Positions 8,777 through 18,571 of a DNA stretch of 24,000 bases are shown in pieces. How positions within the stretch are numbered: the first letter of the stretch is position 1; every line of letters begins with the position of its first letter. The notes below the pieces were generated by a model that worked only from the letters and a program-made list of their open reading frames with translations, did not search any database and was not told the origin of the DNA. The stretch is from Methanomicrobiales archaeon (GTDB lineage: Archaea > Halobacteriota > Methanomicrobia > Methanomicrobiales > Methanospirillaceae), in the NCBI GenBank assembly GCA_022841205.1, contig JALHCK010000004.1, forward strand, positions 118,257-142,256, in the 5' to 3' direction. Position numbers and translations under genes: made by a program.

Positions 8777-10015
8777 ATGCGGGAATTTATCGACAGGATG
8801 AGGGAGTGTGACGGGGTTATCGATATCGATGATCCTGTGGATGTTGTCTACGAGCCGTGCCGGTATGCCCATAAGACCGACAAGCTCCTTTTTTTCCACC
8901 GGATTGCGGGTGCCCGCGGGGTCATGAACGTTACGGCAACGAGGGATGCACTCTCGGTAGCACTGGACATTCCCCGGGACGAAATGGTCCAGAGCCTGGC
9001 CCGGATGGAATACCGTGGATCTGTCGTGCGGGAGGGGACGATTCCGATGCAGCCCGCGGACCTTTCCAGGATCCCGGTCATGAAACACTATCCCCTCGAT
9101 GCCGGGAAATATATCACGGCCGGGATCGTCTTTTCACGGTTTGGCGAAACCGAGAACGCATCGATCCACCGCCTGCAGGTGCTCGACTCACAGAGGGTCG
9201 CCGCCCGGCTGGTGGAAGGACGCCACACCTCAACACTTTACAGGGCTGCCCGCGAACAGGGGGAACGGCTGCCGGTGGCCGTGGTAATCGGGGTCAACCC
9301 CGCGGTCACCTTCGCCTGCTGCACGCGGGTCCCGAAAGGAAAAGAACTCCCGTATGCCGCAGAACTGCTCGGTGGTGAGATACGGGTATGGCAGTGCAGC
9401 AACGGGGTGCGGGTGCCCGGAGCCGAGATCGTGCTCGAAGGATATATCGGGGAAGAGACTATTGAGGAAGGCCCGTTTGTCGATATCACTGGAACCTACG
9501 ATCTTGTCCGGGTACAGCCGGTAATCGAGTTTACCGGTATGCACCTGGCAAAGGATTTTATCTATCACGGGATCCTGCCTGCCGGAAATGAGCACCGGAT
9601 CCTGATGGGTGCCCCGTATGAGCCCTCCATCTACCGGGCCGTGGCAGGGGTGACCGAGGTGAAAAACGTTGTCCTGACCACCGGGGGGTGCGGGTACTTC
9701 CACGCGGTAATCCAGGTCCGCAAGCAGACCCAGGGCGATGCGAAGAACGCTATCATGGCCGCGTTTGCCGCCCACACCTCGCTCAAGCACGTGGTGGTGG
9801 TTGACGACGATATTGATCCTACCTGCCTGGAGGACGTGGAATTTGCCATCGCCACCCGGGTCAGGGGTGACCGGGATATCGTGGTCATCACCGGGGCCCG
9901 GGGCTCGTCTCTGGACCCTTCGCAGGCTGAAGACGGGACAAACGTCAAGGTCGGAGTCGATGCAACCATGCCGCTTGGCTGCGAAGCAGAGTTCCGCCGG
10001 GCATCCTGGGAGTGA
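8777..10015 (+). CDS. UbiD-family decarboxylase; candidate trans-anhydromevalonate-5-phosphate decarboxylase of the archaeal mevalonate pathway
   Basis: MREFIDRMRE...IDDPVD...ASIHRLQV...RLVEGRHT...PVAVVIGVNP...ELLGGEI...GPFVDITGTYD... matches UbiD along its length. The specific function is inferred from tight linkage to the AcnX large subunit. Start is ATG 8777 (GGGGAG upstream) or GTG 8750. Confidence 0.85.
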   Translation: MREFIDRMRECDGVIDIDDPVDVVYEPCRYAHKTDKLLFFHRIAGARGVMNVTATRDALSVALDIPRDEMVQSLARMEYRGSVVREGTIPMQPADLSRIPVMKHYPLDAGKYITAGIVFSRFGETENASIHRLQVLDSQRVAARLVEGRHTSTLYRAAREQGERLPVAVVIGVNPAVTFACCTRVPKGKELPYAAELLGGEIRVWQCSNGVRVPGAEIVLEGYIGEETIEEGPFVDITGTYDLVRVQPVIEFTGMHLAKDFIYHGILPAGNEHRILMGAPYEPSIYRAVAGVTEVKNVVLTTGGCGYFHAVIQVRKQTQGDAKNAIMAAFAAHTSLKHVVVVDDDIDPTCLEDVEFAIATRVRGDRDIVVITGARGSSLDPSQAEDGTNVKVGVDATMPLGCEAEFRRASWE

Positions 10016-10019
10016 GCCC

Positions 10020-11195
10020 GTGCACCTGCTGCCCGAAGAAGAACGGGTGCTTGCCGGGGAGTACGGCGAGACGCGCCAGAAGATGATGGAGATCCTTGTA
10101 GCGCTCGGCAAGGTTTTTTGTGCCGACCGGCTGGTCCCTATCCGGAGCGCCCAGGTGAGCGGGGCCTCCTACAAGACCATCGGGGAGGCCGGCCTCGAAT
10201 GGCTCTCCGGCCTCGATGCCCGTGTATCAGTGCCAACCGTGCTCAACCCGGTTGGAATGGACCGCGCTGCCTGGCGGGAGATGGGGATTTCGTCCGCGTT
10301 TGCCAGGAAGCAGGAAGAGGTGATCGCCGCGTATTCCCGGCTCGGTATCCGCCTTGAGTGCACCTGTACACCATACTATATCTACCAGACCCGTTTTGGC
10401 GACCATATCGCCTGGTCGGAGTCCTCCGCGGTCTCATACGCAAACTCGGTCATCGGGGCCCGCACCAACCGGGAAGGAGGTCCGGGAGCGCTCGCATCAG
10501 CCATTATCGGAAAGACTCCCGAGTACGGCCTGCACCTGGTCGGTGAGCGCCGGCCCCAGGTTCATATCAGCGTGGAGGGAGAAGGACCGCACGAAGATAT
10601 CGCATTCTACGGGGCCCTTGGGTATCTTGCCGGGAAACTTGCAGGAAACCGCATCCCCTTCTTCTCCGGCATCAGGCCCCGGCGGGACCGGCTCAAGGCG
10701 CTTGGCGCGGCGATGGCGGCCTCCGGGGCAGTGGCCCTCTACCATGTCGATGGCATCACCCCGGAGGCCCGGATATTCTCCTACGACGTAACAGATCTCG
10801 AAAATATCCCGGTGACTGCGCGCGATATTGCTGCCCTCTGGAGCGATATCACGGTTGATGCTGTTGCCCTGGGCTGCCCCCACTGCTCACCCGAAGAACT
10901 CTCGGTCATTGCCGGGCTTCTTTCCGGAAAACGGGTGAAGATACCGCTCTATGTCTTCTCTGCACGAAAGGTCATCGAGGTGTCCCGCGATGCAGTCGCA
11001 TCCATCGAGCGGAGCGGGGCGCGGGTATATGCCGATACATGCATGGTCGTCTCCCCTGCCATGGAGCAGTTCGGTGCCATCATGGTCAACAGCGGCAAGG
11101 CGTTTTCTTACGTCCCTGATATGTGCGGGGCTGCGGTGAGGATTGGGACCACTGAGGAGTGTATCGCTGTGGCAACCGGCTCTCAGGGCGCCTGA
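10020..11195 (+). CDS. Aconitase X (DUF521) large/catalytic subunit; candidate phosphomevalonate dehydratase large subunit
   Basis: VHLLPEEERVLAGEYGETRQKMMEILVALGKVFCADRLVPIRSAQVSGASYKTIG... is the typical DUF521 N-terminus. GTG 10020 lies 4 nt after the UbiD stop, with GGGAGTGA (10007-10014) as Shine-Dalgarno. The ORF-track start at 9738 is inside ubiD and is rejected. Confidence 0.85.
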   Translation: MHLLPEEERVLAGEYGETRQKMMEILVALGKVFCADRLVPIRSAQVSGASYKTIGEAGLEWLSGLDARVSVPTVLNPVGMDRAAWREMGISSAFARKQEEVIAAYSRLGIRLECTCTPYYIYQTRFGDHIAWSESSAVSYANSVIGARTNREGGPGALASAIIGKTPEYGLHLVGERRPQVHISVEGEGPHEDIAFYGALGYLAGKLAGNRIPFFSGIRPRRDRLKALGAAMAASGAVALYHVDGITPEARIFSYDVTDLENIPVTARDIAALWSDITVDAVALGCPHCSPEELSVIAGLLSGKRVKIPLYVFSARKVIEVSRDAVASIERSGARVYADTCMVVSPAMEQFGAIMVNSGKAFSYVPDMCGAAVRIGTTEECIAVATGSQGA

Positions 11196-11365
11196 TTGTC
11201 CGGAGGACCGGTCCTGTTCTGGCGGGAACAGGGGGTTGTTGGTCTTCCAGGGATTTTCCCATGCGGTGAGGGGCCTTTTTCCTCCTTCCTGGTGGGGAAC
11301 GGGAACAGCTTATTGCTCCCGGCACCAGAACAGTTCACATGGTCCTTCCTGGAGGAGGAGAACGG

Positions 11366-12574
11366 ATGAAGGATATCAGGTTTGTCGTGGTGATCGGGTT
11401 TACCGCTGCCGCGCTTCTCCTTGAGCTCTTCGTGCACTGGCATCTCGGGATTACGGTGGTGTATACCCACTTCTTCTACGTACCGATCGTCCTTGCCGCG
11501 GTATGGTACGGATGGCGGGGTGCATCCGTGGCCGTCCTGCTTGGCGCTGTCACACTGGTGGTCACATGGCTGACGAGCGGGATGATCGACAGCGATGGAA
11601 TCCTCCGTGTACTGATGTTTGTCATCGTCGGCCTGGTTATCGGGACGGTCTCGGATTACATGCGCCGGGAACAACAACGGATTATCGATGAGGTGACCGA
11701 TGCCGCCATACAGTCCGGCATCAGGGGAGGCACCCGGACAGGCAGTATCGCGGAGCTCCGGAGCAGGTTTGCCTCGGTTGCCGGTGTGAAACGGCTTAAA
11801 GAGCAGGGAGATGTCGCCGGCCTCGTCCGTGCCCTCCGGAACCGCGACCCCGCTGTACAGTACGATGCGGCAGAAGCGCTCGGCGAGCTTGCCGATCCCG
11901 CTGCAATTGGCGCACTGGTATCGGCACTTACCGGTGACCAGTACAGCGGAATCCGCTGGAAGGCAGCCGAAGCACTCGGAAAGATCGGGGCGCCGGCCGT
12001 TCCCTCGCTTCTCGCAGTACTCGATAACCCGGATGAGGGGGTGCGGTGGAAAACAGCAATCACCCTGGGCGAGATCGGGGATGAGCGTGGCATTGCACCG
12101 CTCATCGGGCTCCTCTCTGATCCCGACCGTTTCGTCAGGAGCAGGGCAGCCTTTGCCCTTGCCCTGATCGGGCCTCCAGCCATCCCTGCCCTCTCGGAAG
12201 TATGGCCCGAAGCCCCGTCCGATGTCAGGCAGGGTATCGTGACTGCGCTTGGAAAGATGAGCGACCCGGCCGCGACAAAAGCGCTCATCCAGGTCTTGGC
12301 CGATGCTTCGGGTGATATGCGCCAGGACATTGTCGCCACCCTTTCGTCCCGGGCAGACCAGTCGTTTGATCTCCTCATCGAGGCCCTCTCCGATCCCGAA
12401 CCACGCCGGCGGCAGGGTGCGGCGATGGCCCTTGGGGCCATGGGGCGGCCCGGGGCCCTTGAGCCGCTCCGGAAAGCCTGTGAATTGGCCGATCCACAGA
12501 CCCGCGCGGTGCTCGACTCGGCAATCCGGGAGATCAGTTCCAGGAATGAGCCGGGGACGACCCCTGAAGGCTAG
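11366..12574 (+). CDS. Membrane protein with about 4 N-terminal TM helices and a C-terminal array of PBS-lyase/HEAT-like repeats
   Basis: ATG 11366 is preceded by GGAGGAGGAG. The hydrophobic segments are FVVVIGFTAAALLLELF, FFYVPIVLAAVWYGW, VAVLLGAVTLVVTWL and VLMFVIVGLVIGTV. Repeated units of about 31 aa follow (D..VR..AA.ALG.IGD..A...L...L.D), for example DPAVQYDAAEALGELADPAAIGALVSAL. Confidence 0.8.
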   Translation: MKDIRFVVVIGFTAAALLLELFVHWHLGITVVYTHFFYVPIVLAAVWYGWRGASVAVLLGAVTLVVTWLTSGMIDSDGILRVLMFVIVGLVIGTVSDYMRREQQRIIDEVTDAAIQSGIRGGTRTGSIAELRSRFASVAGVKRLKEQGDVAGLVRALRNRDPAVQYDAAEALGELADPAAIGALVSALTGDQYSGIRWKAAEALGKIGAPAVPSLLAVLDNPDEGVRWKTAITLGEIGDERGIAPLIGLLSDPDRFVRSRAAFALALIGPPAIPALSEVWPEAPSDVRQGIVTALGKMSDPAATKALIQVLADASGDMRQDIVATLSSRADQSFDLLIEALSDPEPRRRQGAAMALGAMGRPGALEPLRKACELADPQTRAVLDSAIREISSRNEPGTTPEG

Positions 12575-12607
12575 ATAACGAACCTATATCTGGTGTGAAA
12601 TCGTTAG

Positions 12608-13327
12608 GTGTTCCTTGTGTTCGGTGAGTCGGATTACTCATTCTCCTACCAGTCAGACGAGGTCTCTATACGTGTCGACCCATCAGGCAGCTTCCACCTG
12701 TACACCCGGAAGTGCGGTCCTGAAACGATCACCAGGTTCATTTCCGGCAGCTCACGGAAGATCGTGATAAATCCTGTTGAACCTGTTAACCTTCCAAAGG
12801 AGGTCACGAAGTTTCTCGAGATCCATTTCGCCCCTCTGGCAATCGAGCCCGATTCGAGGGAAACCATATACCTCACCTTCCCGATCGAGATTGGTGTTTT
12901 CCTCGAATCGAAAGGGGATTTTGATGTCCTGGATATCTTTGCCTTATCCCGGCCGAAATACTCACTCTACGGACCGGAGGAGGAAGGGATCATCACGCGG
13001 TACCATGAGAGCGCCGTCTCGAGCCAGGTCCCTGTGGTGGACCGGCTGAAAGAAGGGGTCCTCATGCTATCCATCACCAATCAAAGCCGGAACTGGGTGG
13101 AGGTCTCCCGGGTCGTTTTTGACTGTTCCTCCCTTTTCCTGTACTATGGGAATTACGTCTCGATGGCAGGCCGCATGAATATCCTGTCACGGGACATCGC
13201 CGATATAAAATGCGAGGACCGCCCCCTGGAGGAGGGTATGGTAGCGTCAATCCTGGTTACCCGGGTGCGAAAAACGCTGATTGCCGAAAAACTGCCATTC
13301 GTCATGGAGTTCGGGATAGGCGATTAG
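12608..13327 (+). CDS. Uncharacterised soluble protein (possibly an archaeal DUF432-like family; not verifiable here)
   Basis: GTG start (alternative GTG 12617). Coding-like composition. The stop TAG at 13325-13327 is 1 nt before the MscS ATG. The motif block INPVEPVNLPKEVTKFLEIHF...FPIEIGVF...KYSLYGPEEEGIITRY reminds me of a conserved archaeal family, but I cannot confirm that. Confidence 0.6.
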   Translation: MFLVFGESDYSFSYQSDEVSIRVDPSGSFHLYTRKCGPETITRFISGSSRKIVINPVEPVNLPKEVTKFLEIHFAPLAIEPDSRETIYLTFPIEIGVFLESKGDFDVLDIFALSRPKYSLYGPEEEGIITRYHESAVSSQVPVVDRLKEGVLMLSITNQSRNWVEVSRVVFDCSSLFLYYGNYVSMAGRMNILSRDIADIKCEDRPLEEGMVASILVTRVRKTLIAEKLPFVMEFGIGD

Positions 13328-13328
13328 G

Positions 13329-14153
13329 ATGACCTTTTATGACGTGGTAATTGGTTCGGTCACGTGGTTTGACCTGATCGTGTTTGCAGTCTCGGTGGCC
13401 ATCACCGTCATAATCGCCCGGATTGTCGGCACTTACCTGAAGCGGGCGCTGTCGGACCGGGTTGACCGGGGAGAACTCGATAAGCTGGTCAGGGCTTCCC
13501 AGCTGGTAATCATCCTGATCGGAGTCTGGTTCGCCCTTCCCAGTTTCGATATCGATATCACCCAGCTCCTGGTCGTTGGCGGGACAGTTGGATTGATAAT
13601 CGCCTTTGCCAGCCAGAAGATCGTCTCCAACTTCGGGTCCGGCATCTTTCTCCTCCTCGAACGGCCGATTGCCATCGGGGATTCGATCCGGATCGGTTCG
13701 ACCCAGGGGACCGTGTACCAGATCCGGATCCTCTCAACCATCGTGAAGACGAACGACGGGATCTATGTCCGGATCCCAAACGAACAGGTCTTCTCCTCGG
13801 ATATCATCAACTACGTGGCATACCCTGCCCGGAGGTTCGAATACCGGGTGCACATCGGATACGCAGAAGATGCCGGAAAAGCGGCAAGGATAATCCGGGA
13901 GGTCATCGGGATGCACCCGTTCGTCCTCAAAAAACCTGCTCCAAGTATCTATGTTTCCGAGCTCGGCGAATCGGGAGTCCTCCTCAAGGTCCGAATCTGG
14001 GCCCCTTCAAGGGTCTGGTGGGATGTCAGGACGGAGCTACTCCAGACGATCAAGGAAACCCTCGACCGGGAAGGGATAAAGATACCATTCCCCCAGCGGG
14101 TGATAACCATGACCGGAACCCCGATAGACACCGAAGAAGAGGTTGGATCATGA
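13329..14153 (+). CDS. MscS-family small-conductance mechanosensitive channel
   Basis: Three N-terminal TM segments are followed by the pore-helix and beta-domain signature GGTVGLIIAFASQKIVSNFGSGIFLLLERPIAIGDSIRIGSTQGTVYQIRILSTIVKTNDGIYVRIPNEQV. Confidence 0.9.
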   Translation: MTFYDVVIGSVTWFDLIVFAVSVAITVIIARIVGTYLKRALSDRVDRGELDKLVRASQLVIILIGVWFALPSFDIDITQLLVVGGTVGLIIAFASQKIVSNFGSGIFLLLERPIAIGDSIRIGSTQGTVYQIRILSTIVKTNDGIYVRIPNEQVFSSDIINYVAYPARRFEYRVHIGYAEDAGKAARIIREVIGMHPFVLKKPAPSIYVSELGESGVLLKVRIWAPSRVWWDVRTELLQTIKETLDREGIKIPFPQRVITMTGTPIDTEEEVGS

Positions 14154-14665
14154 CCGTGCCACTTGTTGATGATATCCGGGACCTTGGTAGCCCTGACCGG
14201 GCAGTCCGGATTTCTGCAGTAAAGCGCCTTGCAGGGCAGGGGAAAGTGGCGGTATCACCGCTCATCACCGTCCTTATAGAGAGCGGTGACCCTGACAAAC
14301 GCTGGTACGCAGCCCTTGCCCTTTCCCGGATCGGTGCCCCGGCTATACAGCCCCTTATTTCCGCACTTGGAGAGAACCGGGACCCGGGGTTCCGAAGGTA
14401 TGCGGCAGCAGCCCTTGGGCATTCCGGGGAGGCGGCGATCGACCCGCTCATCGGGGCCATGAAGGGTGCGGACCCCGCCCTCCGGGGTTACCTTTCCGCA
14501 GCACTGTGCCGGATCGGTGCCCCGGCCCTTGCCCGCCTGCGCAAGCTGTATACCGGTCCTGACGAGGAACTCCGTTCATGCGCAGAGCTCACGCTCTGGG
14601 GTATGGGGGAGGATGGAATCCTGGCCATGGTGGATTCGATGAGGGACAAAGAGAAGGGAGACTGA
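14150..14665 (+). CDS. Soluble PBS-lyase/HEAT-like repeat protein
   Basis: ATG 14150 overlaps the MscS stop as ATGA (14150-14153). Repeats include [70 protein letters not shown] and [20 protein letters not shown]. The ORF-track start at 14018 lies inside mscS. Confidence 0.8.
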   Translation: MTVPLVDDIRDLGSPDRAVRISAVKRLAGQGKVAVSPLITVLIESGDPDKRWYAALALSRIGAPAIQPLISALGENRDPGFRRYAAAALGHSGEAAIDPLIGAMKGADPALRGYLSAALCRIGAPALARLRKLYTGPDEELRSCAELTLWGMGEDGILAMVDSMRDKEKGD

Positions 14666-14703
14666 AATATCGGACGGGTTTTATCACAGAGGGAGAAGCG
14701 AAT

Positions 14704-17700
14704 ATGGTGAAGCGGTCTGCGGCGATGGAGGAGTATTCGGAAAACCTCATGGCCTATCTTGCGCGGGCGCTCGAAGTTGCGAAAGCCGCGCGGGCGCGGG
14801 GGATCGACCCGAGGACTGAGGTGGAAATCCCGGTGGCAAGCGATCTTGCAGACCGGGTCGAGGCGCTCCTGTCCATCAAGGGTATTGCGGAAAGGATCCG
14901 GGAACTCGAATCAACGATGAGCAGGGAGGAGGCTGCTCTTCGTATCGGCGATGATTTCGTGGCCCGGAGGTTCGGGGAGCAGACACGGGAAGAGATCCTC
15001 GATCACGCTATCAGGACCGCCATGGCCATGCTCACCGAAGGGGTGGTTGCCGCTCCCACCGAAGGTATCGCAAAAGTGGGGACCGGGAAGAACGATGACG
15101 GGTCCGAGTACCTCCGCATCTACTATGCCGGTCCGATCCGCAGTGCCGGGGGGACTGCCCAGGCACTGTCTGTCCTTGTCGGGGACTACGTGCGGCGTGC
15201 GCTTGGGATCGGCCGTTTCATCCCCCGCCAGGACGAGGTGGAGCGGTACATCGAGGAGATCCGCCAGTATAACTCTATCATGAACCTGCAGTACCTCCCA
15301 AGCGAGCGGGAGATACGGCTCATCGTCGGCAACTGTCCGGTCTGCATCGATGGAGAGGGGACTGAGCAGGAGGAAGTGAGCGGGTACCGGGACCTCGAGC
15401 GGATCGAGACCAATTCTGTCCGGGGCGGGATGGCGCTCGTCCTCGCTGAAGGGCTTGCCCTCAAGGCCCCAAAGATCCAGAAGTACGTCCGTTCCATGAA
15501 GATGGACGGTTGGGACTGGCTCGGGGAGCTTTCCACCAGTGCAGCAAGGAGCCCTGCAGCGGGGGAAGAGGAAAAGATCGTCCCCCGCGACAAGTACCTG
15601 CGGGACCTCATCGGGGGCCGGCCGGTCTTTTCCTATCCCATGCGGAAAGGAGGGTTCCGGCTGCGCTATGGCCGGTCGCGGAACACCGGGTTTGCTGCAG
15701 CCGGAATCAACCCGGCCACCATGCACATCCTTGGCGGTTTCCTCGCCGTGGGGACCCAGATGAAGATCGAGCGGCCCGGGAAGGCGGCGGGAATCGTCCC
15801 GGTTGACTCCATAGAGGGCCCTACGGTGCGCCTCGCAAACGGGGATGTGCTCAGGATCGATGACCTTGCCACTGCCGAATCGCAATCCGCATCCATAGAC
15901 CGGATCCTCGATATCGGCGAGATCCTGATCAGCTATGGAGAGTTCCTCGAAAATAACCATCCCCTTGTCCCCCCGTCATACTGCGAAGAGTGGTGGAAAC
16001 TCGAGGGCGGCGGCACCCGCCCGGAAAACGAGCTCGAGGCGATATCGTGCTGCTGTGATGGCCAGTTCCTCCACCCGGCATTCACCTGCTTCTGGGACGA
16101 TATCAGTGCCGAAGAGATGCGGGAGCTGGCCGGCCTTGTTTCGGAATCCGGGGAGATCCGCCACGGAATCCTGGTGCTGCCAAACACGGCCCGTATAAAG
16201 GCGCTGCTCGAGGAGATCCTTATCCCGCACATGGTCCGTGAAGGCCTGATCTGCATCAGCAATTACCTGATCTTTCTGGCCTGCCTCGGACTTGACCTGC
16301 GGCTCATGAAGCGCGAGGCATGGGACACGGTCCCGGAGGGCGACGGGCTTTCCGCCGCCATGCACCTCTCCGGGTTCCTGATGCGATCGAAAGCAGGGAC
16401 GCGGATCGGCGGGAGGATGGGCCGGCCCGGCAAGTCAAAGCCCCGGAAGATGAACCCGCCCCCCCATTCACTCTTTCCCCTCGGAGAGGCAGGGGGTTCG
16501 CGCCGCTCGTTCCAGGAAGCAGCCAACCATGCCCCGGGGCCGAACATGGACGGGGGGGTGATCCAGGTCGAAGCCGGGAAGCGCCGGTGTCCTGCCTGCG
16601 GGGCAGTGACCTTCCGGAACCGGTGCGAATGCGGTGTGCATACCAACCCCGTCTTCTCCTGTCCCCGCTGCAGGAGGGAGATGAGCGGTCCCGAGTGCCC
16701 GCACTGCAAGGTGCAAACGACCTGCTCGCAGGAAATCAGCCTCAACGTGAAAGAGGAGTATGCCCTGGCAACCGCGCGGCTCGGGATGCGGGAACAGCAG
16801 GTGAGCCTGGTGAAAGGGGTAAAAGGGCTGATCTCACGGGAGAGGGCCGTTGAGGATATCGCGAAGGGCATCCTCCGGGCCGGGCATGGTCTCTTCGTCT
16901 TCAAGGACGGCACGGTCCGGTTCGACATGATCGACCTCCCCCTCACGCATTTCCGCCCGGCAGAGATCGGGGTGGCCCCTGCCCGGCTGGTCGGGCTCGG
17001 GTACCCCGCCGATATCCACGGTGCCCCGCTCACCCGCTCCGACCAGGTGGTTGAACTCAAACCCCAGGACATCCTTGTCTCCGAGTCCTGCGCCGATTAC
17101 ATGGTGCATACTGCCGCGTTCATGGACGATCTCCTGGAGCGCTGCTACCAGTTGCCGCCGTTCTACCGGATCGCCTCAAGAGACGACCTGATAGGTCACC
17201 TGGCCATCGGGCTTGCCCCTCATACCAGCGCCGGTGTCCTGGCCCGGATTATCGGGATCTCGCGGGCGAATGCCGGGTATGCCCACCCGTTCTTCCATGC
17301 CGCAAAAAGGCGGAATTGTTTCCACGGGGATACGGAAATCGAGGTGTCCGACGGCCGGACCTGGAGGACGATGCCTGTACGGCAGTTCGTGGCCGAAAAC
17401 TTCGATCTCTCCCGGCCAGGAATCGACCGGTTGGGCACCTACTACTCCGACCCGCAGCAGACCTATCTCACCCGCACGATCGATCACGAGGGAAAACCCC
17501 ACCTGCGGAAGATAACTTCGGTCTCTATCCACCGGGCCCCGGACCATATCATCCGGTTCGAGACACGACAGGGGAGGGTGCTTGCCGTAACCCCCGATCA
17601 CGCGATGCTGGTCTGGGACCTGTGTTACCTGCGAAAGATCCGGGCGCTGGAGCTGAAGGAAGGCGACCCGGTACCGGTCATGGCCGGAACTTCGGTTATC

Positions 17701-18564
17701 ACCGATCACATCCTCCACAGGGATATCGTCCCCTGCCCGGATGACCGCGTTTTCTGCCTGACAGTGACCGATGAGCACACGGTCTGTGGAAACGGTATCT
17801 TCACCGGGCAATGCGATGGTGACGAGGACTGCATAATGCTCCTCCTCGATGCCCTGATCAACTTCTCCCGTGCCTTCCTCCCCGAGTCACGGGGCGGGAC
17901 CATGGACGCCCCCCTGGTTCTCACCACGGCTATCGATCCTGCGGAGATCGACCGGGAGAGCCACAACCTCGATGTCACCTCCGGCTATCCGCTCGAGCTC
18001 TACAAGGCAGCCCTGGACGGTTCGCATCCCCGCGAAATCGCACAGTTGATCGACCGCGTGGAGAACCGGCTGGGGACTCCGGAGGCCCTCGAAGGATTCC
18101 TCTTCACCCACGACACCTCCGATATCTCGGCCGGGCCGCTTGAGTCCGCGTATACCCAGCTCAAGAGCATGCTCGAGAAGCTCGAGGCCGAGCTTGACCT
18201 TGCCGGGAAGATACGGGCCGTTGACCAGGACGATGTTGCAGAACGGGTGCTGACAACCCATTTCATCCGGGACCTCATGGGAAACCTCTCCGCTTTCTCC
18301 AGGCAGAAGTTCCGGTGCACGAGGTGCAACGCCAGCTACCGGAGGATTCCGCTTGCCGGCAAGTGCACGCGCTGCGGCGGAAACGTCATTCCCACCGTGC
18401 ACGAGGGCTCGGTCAAGAAGTACCTCGAGGTCTCCCGGATGATCTGTGGGAAATACAGGGTCTCAGAGTACACCCGGCAGCGGGTGATGGTGCTCGATCA
18501 GGCCATCGAATCCACGTTTGGAGAGGAAAAGTCCCAGCAGATGGGGCTTGCCGATTTCATGTGA
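14704..18564 (+). CDS. polC: DNA polymerase II (PolD) large subunit DP2, interrupted by one mini-intein
   Basis: ATG 14704 is preceded by GAGGGAGAAG. DP2 hallmarks are present: [40 protein letters not shown], Cys4 clusters CPACG...CECG and CPRC...[15 protein letters not shown]|intein|[19 protein letters not shown], and the C-terminal FRCTRCN...GKCTRCGG. The protein is 1286 aa with the intein and 1121 aa without it. Confidence 0.95.
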   Translation: MVKRSAAMEEYSENLMAYLARALEVAKAARARGIDPRTEVEIPVASDLADRVEALLSIKGIAERIRELESTMSREEAALRIGDDFVARRFGEQTREEILDHAIRTAMAMLTEGVVAAPTEGIAKVGTGKNDDGSEYLRIYYAGPIRSAGGTAQALSVLVGDYVRRALGIGRFIPRQDEVERYIEEIRQYNSIMNLQYLPSEREIRLIVGNCPVCIDGEGTEQEEVSGYRDLERIETNSVRGGMALVLAEGLALKAPKIQKYVRSMKMDGWDWLGELSTSAARSPAAGEEEKIVPRDKYLRDLIGGRPVFSYPMRKGGFRLRYGRSRNTGFAAAGINPATMHILGGFLAVGTQMKIERPGKAAGIVPVDSIEGPTVRLANGDVLRIDDLATAESQSASIDRILDIGEILISYGEFLENNHPLVPPSYCEEWWKLEGGGTRPENELEAISCCCDGQFLHPAFTCFWDDISAEEMRELAGLVSESGEIRHGILVLPNTARIKALLEEILIPHMVREGLICISNYLIFLACLGLDLRLMKREAWDTVPEGDGLSAAMHLSGFLMRSKAGTRIGGRMGRPGKSKPRKMNPPPHSLFPLGEAGGSRRSFQEAANHAPGPNMDGGVIQVEAGKRRCPACGAVTFRNRCECGVHTNPVFSCPRCRREMSGPECPHCKVQTTCSQEISLNVKEEYALATARLGMREQQVSLVKGVKGLISRERAVEDIAKGILRAGHGLFVFKDGTVRFDMIDLPLTHFRPAEIGVAPARLVGLGYPADIHGAPLTRSDQVVELKPQDILVSESCADYMVHTAAFMDDLLERCYQLPPFYRIASRDDLIGHLAIGLAPHTSAGVLARIIGISRANAGYAHPFFHAAKRRNCFHGDTEIEVSDGRTWRTMPVRQFVAENFDLSRPGIDRLGTYYSDPQQTYLTRTIDHEGKPHLRKITSVSIHRAPDHIIRFETRQGRVLAVTPDHAMLVWDLCYLRKIRALELKEGDPVPVMAGTSVITDHILHRDIVPCPDDRVFCLTVTDEHTVCGNGIFTGQCDGDEDCIMLLLDALINFSRAFLPESRGGTMDAPLVLTTAIDPAEIDRESHNLDVTSGYPLELYKAALDGSHPREIAQLIDRVENRLGTPEALEGFLFTHDTSDISAGPLESAYTQLKSMLEKLEAELDLAGKIRAVDQDDVAERVLTTHFIRDLMGNLSAFSRQKFRCTRCNASYRRIPLAGKCTRCGGNVIPTVHEGSVKKYLEVSRMICGKYRVSEYTRQRVMVLDQAIESTFGEEKSQQMGLADFM
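17317..17811 (+). mobile_element. Mini-intein (165 aa, no homing-endonuclease domain) within PolD DP2
   Basis: It begins [10 protein letters not shown] (block A, Cys1) and contains VTPDHAML (block B, TxxH). It ends [21 protein letters not shown] followed by Cys+1. Removing it restores the contiguous DP2 motif AAKRRN-CDGDED. Confidence 0.85.
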
Positions 18565-18571
18565 GGGGCAG

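Noticed and set aside
11196-11365. Possible eroded remnant of the AcnX small subunit (DUF126). Short strings reminiscent of its N-terminus appear in three different frames (GPVLAGTGG; PFSSFLVG or SWWGTG; RHQNSSHG; MVLPGGGE).
   Set aside because: The matches are 4-8 residues long, spread over all three frames, and partly derive from the same nucleotides. The spacer is less than half the length of a DUF126 gene. This is indistinguishable from chance without an HMM search of the six-frame translation.
14911-17072. Very long antisense ORFs opposite polC (349 aa, 269 aa). Similar cases occur opposite other genes: 19884-20807, 9230-10111, 11656-12441, 8071-8643, 7251-7901, 5880-6713 and 3834-4454.
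   Set aside because: They are typical stop-codon-poor shadow frames of high-GC coding DNA. Their translations are Arg/Pro/Gly-rich and low in complexity, with no motifs. The opposite strand carries unmistakable conserved proteins.
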